A stretch of 64,000 bases of DNA. Source: Octopus sinensis (taxonomy: Eukaryota). Positions 36,669 to 48,187 of the stretch are shown here, piece by piece. A program made the position numbers and the translations under genes. The notes under the pieces were generated by a model. The model had not been told where the DNA came from. It worked only from the letters and a program-made list of their open reading frames with translations, and searched no databases. Each line of letters starts with the position of its first letter. Positions within the stretch are counted from its first letter, which is position 1. Location of the stretch: assembly GCF_006345805.1 (NCBI RefSeq), contig NW_021835997.1, forward strand, positions 248,001-312,000, given 5' to 3'.

Positions 36669-36847
36669 AAAAATCGAAAGTATTTAAATGAGACACTGAT
36701 TTTCGTTCACCGTCAGCATTCTGTTCCCGATCTAATATAATAAAATTTCGCGATAAAAATATCAGAACACTAAGCTTTTTTTTACAAAATTAGTTACATA
36801 TAAAATAACGGAAATCACTGTCTCATTGAAATACTTTCGGCTTTTAA
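36669..36847. repeat. Short imperfect inverted repeat pair, possible degenerate MITE
   Basis: AAAATCGAAAGTATTTAAATGAGACACTGATTTTCGTT is mirrored ~100 bp later by AACGGAAATCACTGTCTCATTGAAATACTTTCGGCTTTT. Confidence 0.55.
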
Positions 36848-36959
36848 AGATCTGAAAAATTCAAGAGTAAATGTATTTAATCTGATTTTATACAAAATAT
36901 TTTTTGATTTGAACGTAAAAATTTTATTTATGAACTTTCGCGATGCCAAATTTTTAATG

Positions 36960-38040
36960 CAACGGGCTAAGATGTCGATGTGTACTCCACCTAGAAATCA
37001 GAATAACAACAATATTATTTATTATAACATTCCTAGACCAGGATGGACAACCGCATCGGAGAGGCAGAAGTCCGGTGGACGGAACATCGTTCTTGCCATT
37101 GCAGAAGGGACTGAGTGCACGATCCATGAGGACTGGGTTAAATTACGTCCTTTCCCAAGTGTTGGGAAGTGCTTCCAGAATGGCCAGGAATAGGTAGCCT
37201 ACCCTGCTTCAGTGCTTCAATCGACGATTTCTCTAGAACTTATCGTTGAATGAAGAAATTTGACGAGACTCCTACTTCTGGCTTGCTAGTGAGACTGTCG
37301 GATGCGGTCACTCCGATAGTATGCCTTTCGTGTTCTAAACAACACGAGCACCAGAGTAGCAGTTTTCACTACCCTTGCAAGTTAAGGAGATATTTAGTAG
37401 GCATATCTCTCGAATCATGTTGTTCCCCTTGCGGACCGCAGAGTGACCCGAAAGATACCTCGGTGACAACTTAGGAGTTACGTTATGAGTTGCATCAATC
37501 GTGTCATATCTTACGTGATCGTGCGTAAGGCTCCATAGACAATGGACAAGATTTTTCTCTATTTCTACTCGCCACAGACAACCTATGAAGGAATAATCCA
37601 GAAGCCTATGTCAAAAAGTAGGTGAAAGGAAAACATTGAAACGAAGGTAGCCGCAAGAAAGGCTGAGCTGGAAGCTCTGACTGGGCACATTCATAATGTG
37701 GGCAATGCGGTCAATGGCAAGACTCCCCTCTTAGTGCGTACTGTACTTTGTCGAGAACGAACTGTCAAATGGGACCTATGCTCTCTTGATGACCGAGTCT
37801 TGTGGTGTTTCTGACATCCACAAAAATTTCGATGAGGCACTAACCCGTCTCTCGGACTGGAAGACAGTTGGCGTCGATAAGGTGCATAATTTTTTTATAA
37901 AAAAATGTAAAAAAATCCATGATTGCATGTCCCGAGCAATCGAACAGTTCACTTTGACCCTGGTTTGATTCCAGAATGATTATGTACTACGGTCACTTAT
38001 TTGATTCCCAAAGTAAATAACTCGATAACCTGTATGAGAC
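36960..38040 (+). mobile_element. Degenerate R4-like non-LTR retrotransposon remnant
   Basis: LSDWKTVGVDKVHNFFIKK matches LPDWKACGCDGIYNFFIKK of the element at 62569; many stops. Confidence 0.7.
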
Positions 38041-40510
38041 CAGCTGGTTGAATTGGTCTCAGTACGTTGTTCAGAGCTCTTTCAAATCGTAAGGCTGACG
38101 TACTCTTCCTTGGCAGCCTCTTGATACATTACAAAATTATCATGTACATTGCTTTTTGTACTCTCTGTTGACCATATTGCAGGTAACCTTTCAGCTAGTG
38201 TTATCTTCTGGTACTTGGATAAAGTGACGATAGAGGCTGTCATGAGCACATAAACAGAATCACCCTGCTTTCTCCAAGATCGAACTAACTTTAAACGGTG
38301 GCAAATGCGAACTTAATTTCCCTTGCCCCCGCCTTTCTGTGCCACACATTCTCCTCTCTCTCAGCATGATCGATGGGTTAAGGCTTAGGCCTACCAGCCA
38401 TCTAAGAATCCTGGATCCGACCGATCTTATTGTTTAAATGGGGCGAATTTTACTTTTCAATTTTAACAGATCTAGTAAAACCACTTGGGTGCATACCATA
38501 AGAAATAAAAAATACACATCTACTCAAAGTAATTTGGTTTTTTTGTCTCTTTCATTTTTGCATGTTAAATGAAATAATTATTATTGATAACTTAATCGTG
38601 AACATTGAGTTCTTTAACCTCCTTGTAGTGGGTCCATTGATGGCAATGATAAAAAACACGAAGTGCCTTTTTGGTATGATTATGCATTAACTTGAGTTGC
38701 CAGTCGATCGTGAATAGAAGGTAAGCTGTCACAAACGAGGAATACAGAAAAGAAACGTTTATTCTAATATCAGAGCAGAATCAAAATTCAATGAGGCATG
38801 GGAAAATTTTGAACAGATATAAAAAAATACGAAAAATCTGAATTAGAAATAAAACAGCTCATTTGCCAGAATTAACTAATGATTGACGAATAAATTAAAA
38901 TATTGTAGCAGACTCAAACTGTCATTGATTAGCTTTTTACTTGTAATTTAATAGTAAATAATAAGTGGCCACATGGCCGTATGGATAGTACTGCATAAAC
39001 TCGAGTCACAAATCACAACAAAAAGCATATAAATGCGACCCTCCAATAAAAGCGACCTTCAGTGGTTGCGGGGCATGAAAAGGAAAAGCCTCATTTTTTA
39101 CACCGACAAATTAAATCGGCATGGAAAGTGTGCTGAAACAATTGAATCCTATGTTTATTTTTCAAATCAATAATATTTAGTTTTTAATTTTTGACCGTTC
39201 GAGATTTTGAATTTTAGGTCAGTGAGAACGTAAACAATCTGACAAATCCCATCTTTCGTTTTGAAAAAAAGAAGGCTTGGCGAAACTGTACTTTTCTGAC
39301 AAAAACAGTACTGTCACTGTGAACAAAGCGATGGCCCTTACAAAAAATCGATTACTAGGTCTTTGAATGACTTGGTTGAAGAAGAATACATTCTTCGCAT
39401 ACAAGCTGATGCACGTGAGGACTTCTTCGCTGGTGATTAAGGATGCCTGAAATGCCCAGTTTAGGGAGTTTCGGGGAAAGTGGGTCTTTTTAAGGCTTCT
39501 AACAATTCAGAAGATACATGGAAGACTGCTTGGCATTCCACAGTCAATGTCTTACAAATATGGTAGCATGGAATCTAACGGAAGGGAAAAACTGGAAAAA
39601 TCAATTTAAATGCAATGAATGCACTTCGAGACTAGCTTAACTCACAGAAGAGAAAAACTGATTCTTACCCTAAAGGTCCTAATTTTTTAACGTTAACAAA
39701 CAGGCCAGTTACATCGCTTCTCTACATTTGATGATATAATGACTGTCTTTTCTTTGGCTGATAAAAATATTCGAATCTGGATTTCAGAATAATCAGCAAA
39801 ACTCTTATTCTAATATCAGAGCAGGAATAATTAAGTCGAATTATTATCTTAATTAATGTTTCTTCTTTTAGGACACCTACTTCGCTGACATGTTACGTAT
39901 CCACACCTCTCCTTTTCTTATTGTAATAAGAAAGTCAACTCCTCTGACTGGTTTACTGACATTCTCAGTTCCTCTCTTCTAGCAATAAGACTATTCGTCT
40001 CCTCCGAAACTTGATGGTTGTCAACCCTCTTGCCATTTCTGTTTCCTCCATCCTTTTCTTGATTGTCACTGATTGGATTGACGCCATAGTTGAGAAATCT
40101 ATATTCAATTCAAAATTACGTTTTTTGGTCTTGTAAAAGTGCTACTCCTACACTAAGTTTTGATCGACGCTTCAAATATTGTGGGACGCTTCTCTTGTTC
40201 TATTTAGACTGTTACGTCATTTAAATTCTTACCATCTTCAATACAATGATAACGATTGCCAATTTTTTGAAAAATGTTGGTTCAAGAGAATTCAGATATT
40301 TATATCTTGATCCTGACCTCGAATGACGAACCACGCCTTATTAAACTCCCAGTGAGTACGCGTTAACCAAAAATACTTGAAATACAACTAAAAAACGCAA
40401 TTTGTTTTCTCTACAAGAAACCAATCCATTAAAAGTCTGTAGTTTAAGCTGTCTATTAATTTAACTACATTTGTTAAAAACAATTTCACATTTGACAAAC
40501 AAATATTAAA

Positions 40511-41272
40511 TTAATCTTCGACATCCGAATCTTCAAAATTTAATAAACCAAATATTTCACCTAAAATAAAGAAAAACCCATACTTGTTCTGCTAAATCTC
40601 GTTTTTCCTCCAACCCTAAACTCATCGCCTTTTCTGCCGTAAAAACATAAATAGTGACCTCGCATTCCTCGTAAATCAGAGAACAATTCGTCATTTATCA
40701 ATAAATCAGATTTATAGTTATTTCTCTCCTTTTTCATTTCTAAGCATGGTCATCTGTGAGCTGACAGTTATTCAATAATCCTTGAAATTCCATAACTCTC
40801 TTCATTCCCCAGAGGTATCATTTCGACTAATTCGCACTGAGATTTGAAACAAAAATCTTTTATTTTCGTTTCTTAATTTATTAAAATAATTATTAGTACA
40901 AGTTTTCGCATCAAAAGAATCTAATTTCTGACAACTGCATATAAGTTTAATGGAAGGATTTAATTTCGATAGAAATATACTCGCATTCTCAAAGGATTCA
41001 TAATAAGTAAATGATACAAAAAATACTTTATCATCAAAGAATAAAACTATGGCCTCTAATTTTTGTTGCTCATTCGTGTCAATTTCTGTTATTATGTTGA
41101 TTTTGCAGGTATAATATTTTGTTGAATGTGACCAGACGGTTATATCTTTTCGAGTATAATATTCCCTACCTTCTAGCATTTCTATATTTATTTCTATGTG
41201 TGAATTATAACTCTTTAAATAATATTCTGAAGATTTCACAGCAAAACTCTTTAATAAACATGCACCGACCAT
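40511..41272 (-). pseudogene. AAGAB: Alpha- and gamma-adaptin-binding protein p34 homologue, probably decayed
   Basis: WSHSTKYYTCKINI, EAIVLFFD, TSG.KRV, LEMK and spliced ELFSDLRGMREKAMSL..EEKRDLAEQ match p34. Frameshift near 40803; TGA at a Trp position. Confidence 0.72.
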
Positions 41273-41545
41273 TAATTATATAACAAAAATAAGAATTTAA
41301 TAAATTTTTAATAAATATTAATAAACTCAAAAATAATTTTGGTACTTTTGTCGAAGTGGTCGCAGTTTTTTTAGGCCTTTTAAAAAATCTAATAATTTTT
41401 GAGGTGGAATATATTATATTTTATTTAAGTCGCTCTATCAATAATTTAAAATATTATTAAATTTTTTACTAATTTATTTTCTAATTTTTTTAATATTATG
41501 GCGAGCATGTACCTAATATTGATATAAACTGGCACTATAGGTCAC

Positions 41546-42110
41546 ATGGAAAATTCTGTTGTGGACTTATGCAACATCAAATTCCGACAGCTCCCAATAA
41601 GTAAGGAGGATGCAGTGCATTTTCTGCAAAATGTGGATATCCTTTCAAAATCACGTATATGTCCGAAGGGACATCAGATGGAATTAGTCTTGGGACCGAA
41701 GCTCAATTGGAAATGCTCAAGAGTTGGTTGTAGAGTCCAATGTTCTATTAAAAAAGGTATAATTTCTCTCAAATAATTCTAGATACCTGGTTAGAGAATT
41801 GTAGATTGCCATTTGAGGATGTCATCGCCTACATATACTTATGGAGTTACGATAGGCATACCTTCAAATGGCTTCATCACGAATACAATTGGGGTGAACA
41901 TACATATGTCGATTGGGCTATGTTTTTACGTGAAGTCTGTGTGGAAAGCTCAAAGAGGAGCTGTAAGACATCATCTGGGATCTTATTTCGCAGGTTTTTT
42001 TAGTTAGTTATTTTTTCAGAATTTATGTGGCGAAAACAAATACAGAACTATAAGGAATCTTTTGCACAGATTGTAAAAGACATAAATTCCTTCTACAGTC
42101 CTGGAATTTA
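41546..42110 (+). mobile_element. Second Merlin-like transposase remnant (N-terminal zinc-binding part)
   Basis: FLQ..ILSKSRICPKGH..WKCSRVGC..SIKK, a 26-nt intron, then TWLE..DWAMFLREVC. No DDE core; TIR pair not found. Confidence 0.65.
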
Positions 42111-42142
42111 AACAATGAAGGCGAACTTTTGTTTTTACTATA

Positions 42143-42236
42143 CTAAGGATCTCCATCGCTTGCGAAGTGCATCGGGGATCACTGGGATTATAATTAACTG
42201 GACTACTCAGTTTTACTGGTCTAATAAATAAATAAT
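42143..42236 (+). repeat. Diverged copy of the retroposon 3' stem-loop with a (TAAA)n tail
   Basis: AAGGATCTCCATCGCTTG..TCGGGGATCAC.GGGATTATAATT is shared with the minus strand of 14395-14640 and 56393-56815. Confidence 0.7.
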
Positions 42237-42769
42237 GGGAGAATAATGCGGTTTAGTCGTGGTCGGCCTTGTGCAGAGGATTTTTTAACTTCCAAACGAA
42301 ATAATAGAAGCAGTACATTTTTAAGAATCTTTCAGCTTCATAAGACATCCTTGGTTGACTCAAGTATAATTAACTTTGATTTATTTAAATCTAATTAAGA
42401 CTGATATAATTCTGCAGCATTACCAACCGAGTTTATTCGTCTTCGATTAAAAAATATAATATTTTAGATTCAAGTTGAGATAAAATCTGTCCGAAGCTGT
42501 TTTAAGTGGAGATCAAGAAACTCAGAAAATGGGATTTCCAATCTGAGAAAGTGGAACTAATATTCTACGAAAAAGTGAACATTGTCCCGATTTTACTAAC
42601 TTTGATGCACTCATGAAAAGTATATGGAGTAAGGAAGATCAATAAATATGAATGAGTCAGTCATTGATAATTAAAAACAGACTAGGAAGTAAAATTGTGT
42701 ATTTTTAAAAACAAAATTGTTCCATAGAAAAGGAACATTGAGCTAGATAGTAGAATACATTATATTATA

Positions 42770-45134
42770 CTAGCTCGGCAGCTCGCTTCGCTCACCGCGA
42801 CCTAGCTCCTGCGGAGGGCCTGTTTCATCAAACAACTATAAGTTTATGTAGATGTATAAAACTACCTGGTTTAATGTAACCCTATTCTATCGCCTGTTGA
42901 TAAACGATGTTTGTCGTCCGTCCTTCCTTGGCATATATGAATAAATTTTCTCTTCTGCCTACCCTCGAGCATCCCACATACAGCTGTCCATGTGAAAAGC
43001 ACTCATTCTCTAAAAATAACCCAACTACCTTTAATGACTGTCACTGGGCCTTGTTTATTGTCATTGCAAAACTCATCCTCAAAGGAAATTGCAGCCTTTT
43101 AAATCTAAATGGTAATTCATCAGAAATTATCGGAATTCGTGGAATATAAACATCCTCACCTCTATACTTACCTGTTAATATCGTCGCCTCTATTACGTTA
43201 GCCATTAAATTTTTGATAACTAACCTCGTTCCGTTGCATAATTTAGGTGGCGCAAGATTTCGTAATAAAACCACTGGCGGAAATGGGGCAGGCAGAGTAG
43301 CAGCAGCCAAAAAAGCGACACACAAAAAGATTTAATTAATTACCTTAAGGTGCCCGTTTTTTCTTCAGCTTCGTTTTTCTTCCTTCGGTTATCTATTTAA
43401 AAAATTATTTTTGAATAATAAAAAATATTAGAAAAAAAGAGGCATACAGAAAATAAATTCTATCTTTACGAAAAACTTATTTTCTTAAGGTCGTCTTCCC
43501 TCCTTCGGTTATCTATTGAAAAAATTATTTTTGAATAATAAAAAAGTTTAGGAAAAGAGACATACCGAAAATAAATTCTATCTTTACGAAAAACTTAACT
43601 AAATAGTGAATATTTTTACGCAAATTCTTCAGATTGCGCTGTCAATTGGTGGTAAATTGTGTTAATTATTGTGCTAATGTGGTTTCAACTATCAAAGTGT
43701 TTTTCAAAATCTGTTAATTGCACACTCTATTCAAGGTCGTGCGTCAATTGGTGGTAAATTGTGTTAATGATTGTGCTAATGTGGTTTCAACTATCAAAGT
43801 GGTTTTTCAAAATCTGTTAATTGCACACTCTATTCAAGGTCGTGCAATCTGTAATTGCACATTCTGTCAAAGTCAAATATAATAGCTTTAATTTTGATTC
43901 ATGTCGATAATGGTATATGCATTTAATTTTAAAGAGAAAAACATAGGATGAATTGAATTTCTTTCTCGCGAATAATTAGGAGTTCATCAGTGTTAATATT
44001 CTCGCTGTCGTTTTCATCAAAGATATTCTTAACACGTAAGATTTTTGCCTGGAAGGTTTTAATGGACCTCATCATGAATGTCGAGGACATTCGCGTTGTT
44101 CATTTTAACCAAAATGCAGAAATTTTTTTTTTAATTTTTTTTTAGGGGGAAGGTTTTAAGGACCTCATCATGTAAGTCGAGGACATCGTAGTTGTTCATT
44201 TTGACCAAAATGCAGAAAAATTTTTTTTAATTTTTTTTGGGGGAAAGGTTTTAAGGACCTCATCATGTAAGTCGAGGATATCGTAGTTGTTCATTTTAAC
44301 CAAAATGCAGAAACTTTTTTTTTAATTTTTTTGGGGGGGGAAGGTTTTAAGGACCTCATCATGTAAGTCGAGGACATCGTAGTTGTTCATTTTGACCAAA
44401 ATGCAGAAAAATTTTTTTTAATTTTTTTTGGGGGAAAGGTTTTAAGGACCTCATCATGTAAGTCGAGGATATCGTAGTTGTTCATTTTAACCAAAATGCA
44501 GAAAATTTTTTTTTAATTTTTTTGGGGGGGAAGGTTTTAAGGACCTCATCATGTAAGTCGAGGACATCGTAGTTGTTCATTTTGACCAAAATGCAGAAAA
44601 ATTTTTTTTAATTTTTTTTGGGGGAAAGGTTTTAAGGACCTCATCATGTAAGTCGAGGATATCGTAGTTGTTCATTTTGACCAAAATGCAGAAAATTTTT
44701 TTTTAATTTTTTTGGGGGGGGAAGGTTTTAAGGACCTCATCATGTAAGTCGAGGACATCGTAGTTGTTCATTTTGACCAAAATGCAGAAAAATTTTTTTT
44801 TTTTTTTTGGGGGAAAGGTTTTAAGGACCTCATCATGTAAGTCGAGGACATCGTAGTTGTTCATTTTGACCAAAATGCAGAAAATTTTTTTTTAATTTTT
44901 TTGGGGGGGGAAGGTTTTAAGGACCTCATCATGTAAGTCGAGGACATCGTAGTTGTTCATTTTGACCAAAATGCAGAAAAATTTTTTTTAATTTTTTTTG
45001 GGGGAAAGGTTTTAAGGACCTCATCATGTAAGTCGAGGACATCGTATTGCCAATTTGAAGTTGGTGTGCACACACAGACAGACAGACAGAACGACAGACA
45101 GACAGACACACACCATACCATTTTATTATTAAGA
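42770..45134 (-). mobile_element. Non-autonomous Helitron with PIF1 helicase remnant
   Basis: 5' TC at 45134 followed by a (TGTC)n tract; 3' GC-rich hairpin then CTAG at 42770; inserted between A and T. Helicase text CNGTRL..IPRI..QFP..FAMTINKAQ*QSL..FSHGQLYV.CSRV. Confidence 0.93.
44052..45046. repeat. ~95-bp tandem minisatellite, 11 core copies, inside the Helitron
   Basis: Core GGTTTTAAGGACCTCATCATGTAAGTCGAGGA(C/T)ATCGTAGTTGTTCATTTT(G/A)ACCAAAATGCAG recurs at about 95-bp spacing. Confidence 0.97.
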
Positions 45135-45339
45135 TTTGACACGATTGTTCCTTTGCAGTTGATAAGTCAAGAGCAAGGATACAGACGTGCTTACGTGAAA
45201 TCTTTCACGATGAACTAAATAAATGGGACTGAATGCCTGAAGGGAGAAATGAATGTCACCATGTAGATAGCGTCGAGTTTACTAGTCAAAGATGAAACTG
45301 ACTAGTTAATAGCTTACTTTTATATGCCATGATTACATA

Positions 45340-45632
45340 AAGAAATGTGTATGAAAAAAATAAATAACATTTTTTTGAAAAAATTGTTAATAAGGGCCAT
45401 AACCTTTATATCGAAGGATGTAAATTGTCATCATTGAAATGAACCCCAAAATGAAGATTACAAAATATAATATTTTTTGCTTCCGGAATTTTCTTAAGGA
45501 ATATCTTTGCGCATCTGGAGAGACCTTAAATTAAGTAATCGACCTCTAAACCACGTATATAATCTGATTCGACTGTTGCAATTTTGGTGCTGACTGTATC
45601 TTAATATTTTCCTTATAACTTGGCGGATCCAT
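45340..45632 (-). CDS. Possible small membrane-protein gene (unidentified)
   Basis: ATG 45632, a 30-nt GT-AG intron, then a hydrophobic stretch ILYFVIFILGFISMMTIYIL; 3' end unresolved. Confidence 0.3.
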
Positions 45633-46049
45633 ATTATTATCACACGATCTACTTAACTAACAAATACAGACAATTTTATTTATTAATTAATATTTTTAAT
45701 ACAAAATAAAAAACAAATTAAAATTAATCATTTCTTTATATCATATTTTGATAAACAAATAAATAAGTATTTATAATTTTTTAGACTTGATAAATTAATC
45801 ATAAATATTTTTCAGAGAATAAGGCAAATTTTAATGATATTACATTCATTTTCTCTCACCAACGGTGTGGGTAACCTTCACGTGGTGTTGTTTAGATCCT
45901 GTTTTAACAGCAACTAAAAGACCTTCAACAATCTCCCGATCTGTTCGTTGCCACATCGATCTTCTAGCTGCAATTGAGCGAGCACAAAGCTCTAGTTCCC
46001 ATGCTTCTTTTCCCTTGTGCGGTGACATAGAGAAGAACTCAGGATCTTC

Positions 46050-47960
46050 ATGACAGTTAAGACTGCTCCAATTGAACATAAATGGAATCTCTTGAAAATC
46101 CTTCGAAGTGAATTCATTTCTCTCAACACATTGTACCGATATTGCACTGTTTAAGAGACGAGGCTCTCTATGTAAACCAACTCTAAAATTCAAGCTATCA
46201 TGTCTATCAAAAATATATTGATCATTGGGGACCTAAATGTAAAAAAAATCCAGCCTGGCTCTCAAATCAATGCCAAGACTAGCAAAACCTACAACTAATG
46301 TCGTAACTGAAAAATCTAGTCATATTGAACGACCCACACTTACACACAAGGTGTGATCTAAGATCTAACGAAATTAATACATCCACGGATCTTTTTCTCT
46401 CCTCCCCATCAATCGCCTCTTGCATAAATTGGTGAGTGATTCATGATCTCCCATCAGACCACAATCCAATTTTTATTTCAATTAACCTTCTATCACCTCG
46501 GGACATTTTTCGAAGAACTATCATCAATTAAAACCGGAAAATTGGTCCCCCATTGTCAAGATATTGAAGCTGCCTTCAAAGACTTCTCTGTAGGAGGACA
46601 TAACTCACTGGAATCCGCTATCCAATTCTTCACATCAACACTATTAGCGGCTGATAAGAGATATGTGCTGAAAGGATTCCACAAAAATGCAAAACCGTGC
46701 TTCAACAGAGAAATAGTAAAAAAAAGACGTTTAATGAAAAGGAACAATCGCACAAACGTGCACGAATTGTCAATCCTCGATGAGAAAATCAATCAGATGA
46801 TCGTAAAGCTTAAGAGAAATAAATGATCAGAATTTATTTCCACTTTCGACCACAGCACTAAGCTCTTGCATTTCTGGAGAGCTCTAAAAGGAAAGTGTTC
46901 ATCACAAACAGCCGACACATCACGCCTCTGGCCTCAACCAAAAAGGGCAAACGAAATCGGTCAGAGAACAGGCAAATACTCTCATGAACCACTATATATA
47001 CGAAAATCAGTTACATGAGGATAGATAAAGATACGTTGCTGAAAACTCAAGCTTGATAAAAACTTACTTTCTCTAGAAATAAAAATATCAATTTCTGAAA
47101 TTAGTTAACTCTTTAAAAACGCTAAGAATACTCACGTTGGGTCCGATGGTCTTTGCATATACCATCCGAAAAATCTTGCCAAAATTGATTGAATGCACTG
47201 ACTGATATTTTTAAAACATCGCTAAACTGTGGTTTAATACCTATGGTCTGGAAAAAATCACTTCAATTTTGAAGCCCAGCAAGAACCCTTGCGACCCCGC
47301 CTCGTCCAGGTCCAATCTCATGGTCATGGAACCTGTCTCTATCAAATCTCCAAAAACTCCTATTAATCAAAAACTCGGGCCCTTGCATAATAACTGGCTG
47401 CATAGCCCCCACTTTCATCGATCATCTTCATTGGGAATCTTGTATCCTTCCGGTTGAAGACCACCTGGTGATGTGGATGAGAGGACTCCAATTTTTCCAC
47501 GAAATACAAGATCTATCTCATACATGCAAAAAAATCTTTATTCCAGAAAACAAAAGACATATTATCGCTGCAGTCGTCTCTCAAAAATACTCTTAACGAA
47601 CAATGGGTAAACTGTGAAAAAAACTAATTCATGATTACATCTCATCTCGTGATAGCAGGATGCTTTAAAATAACAAATTTCTTGATTCTCCTCTGCCACC
47701 GGTCCATCCTTCAGAGCAATCACTCGAAAGGTACCTCCGTGTCCAGCTTGCACAACTTCGCTCCGGGCACTATTCACCTCATTGTTGAAACACACCGCTC
47801 CGTCACCCCTGAAGACCTTTTTTCCTGTCCTGGACCGTCTCACCTGTCACCACCTATTTGTATTTGGGATCTCTGGGAGCGCCCAATCTCTGCTTCCTGC
47901 TACCTAATTACAGCCGGCTTCCTACATGCTAGAGAAGCCGGGGTAGCTAACTAACTATTC
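46050..47960 (+). mobile_element. Degenerate LINE ORF2 (APE, linker, RT start)
   Basis: IIGDLN, AKPCFNREI..KRRL and LTDIFKTSLNCGLIPMVWKKS in broken frames. Confidence 0.7.
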
Positions 47961-47980
47961 TCTCGTCATGTTCTATACCT

Positions 47981-48070
47981 TTCCAAGTTCAATATGGGAA
48001 TTTCCAAATTCAATATGGGATTTCCAAGTTCAAAGTGGGATTTTCCAAATTCAATATGGGATTTCCAAGT
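47981..48070. repeat. Short tandem repeat, 20-21 bp unit, about 4.5 copies
   Basis: TTCCAA(G/A)TTCAATATGGGA(A)T repeated. Confidence 0.9.
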
Positions 48071-48187
48071 TAATTTTAAAATATTTGAAAAAATAGATAA
48101 GTTTAGAATAAAATATACTCAAAACTTGTTTAAAAATATATTTACACAAATTACTAAACTAACAATTTATTTAGGAAATTGTGCTAT

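Noticed and set aside
44052-45046. CRISPR-like array
   Set aside because: The whole unit repeats with no unique spacers, there are no cas genes, and it lies inside a eukaryotic Helitron.
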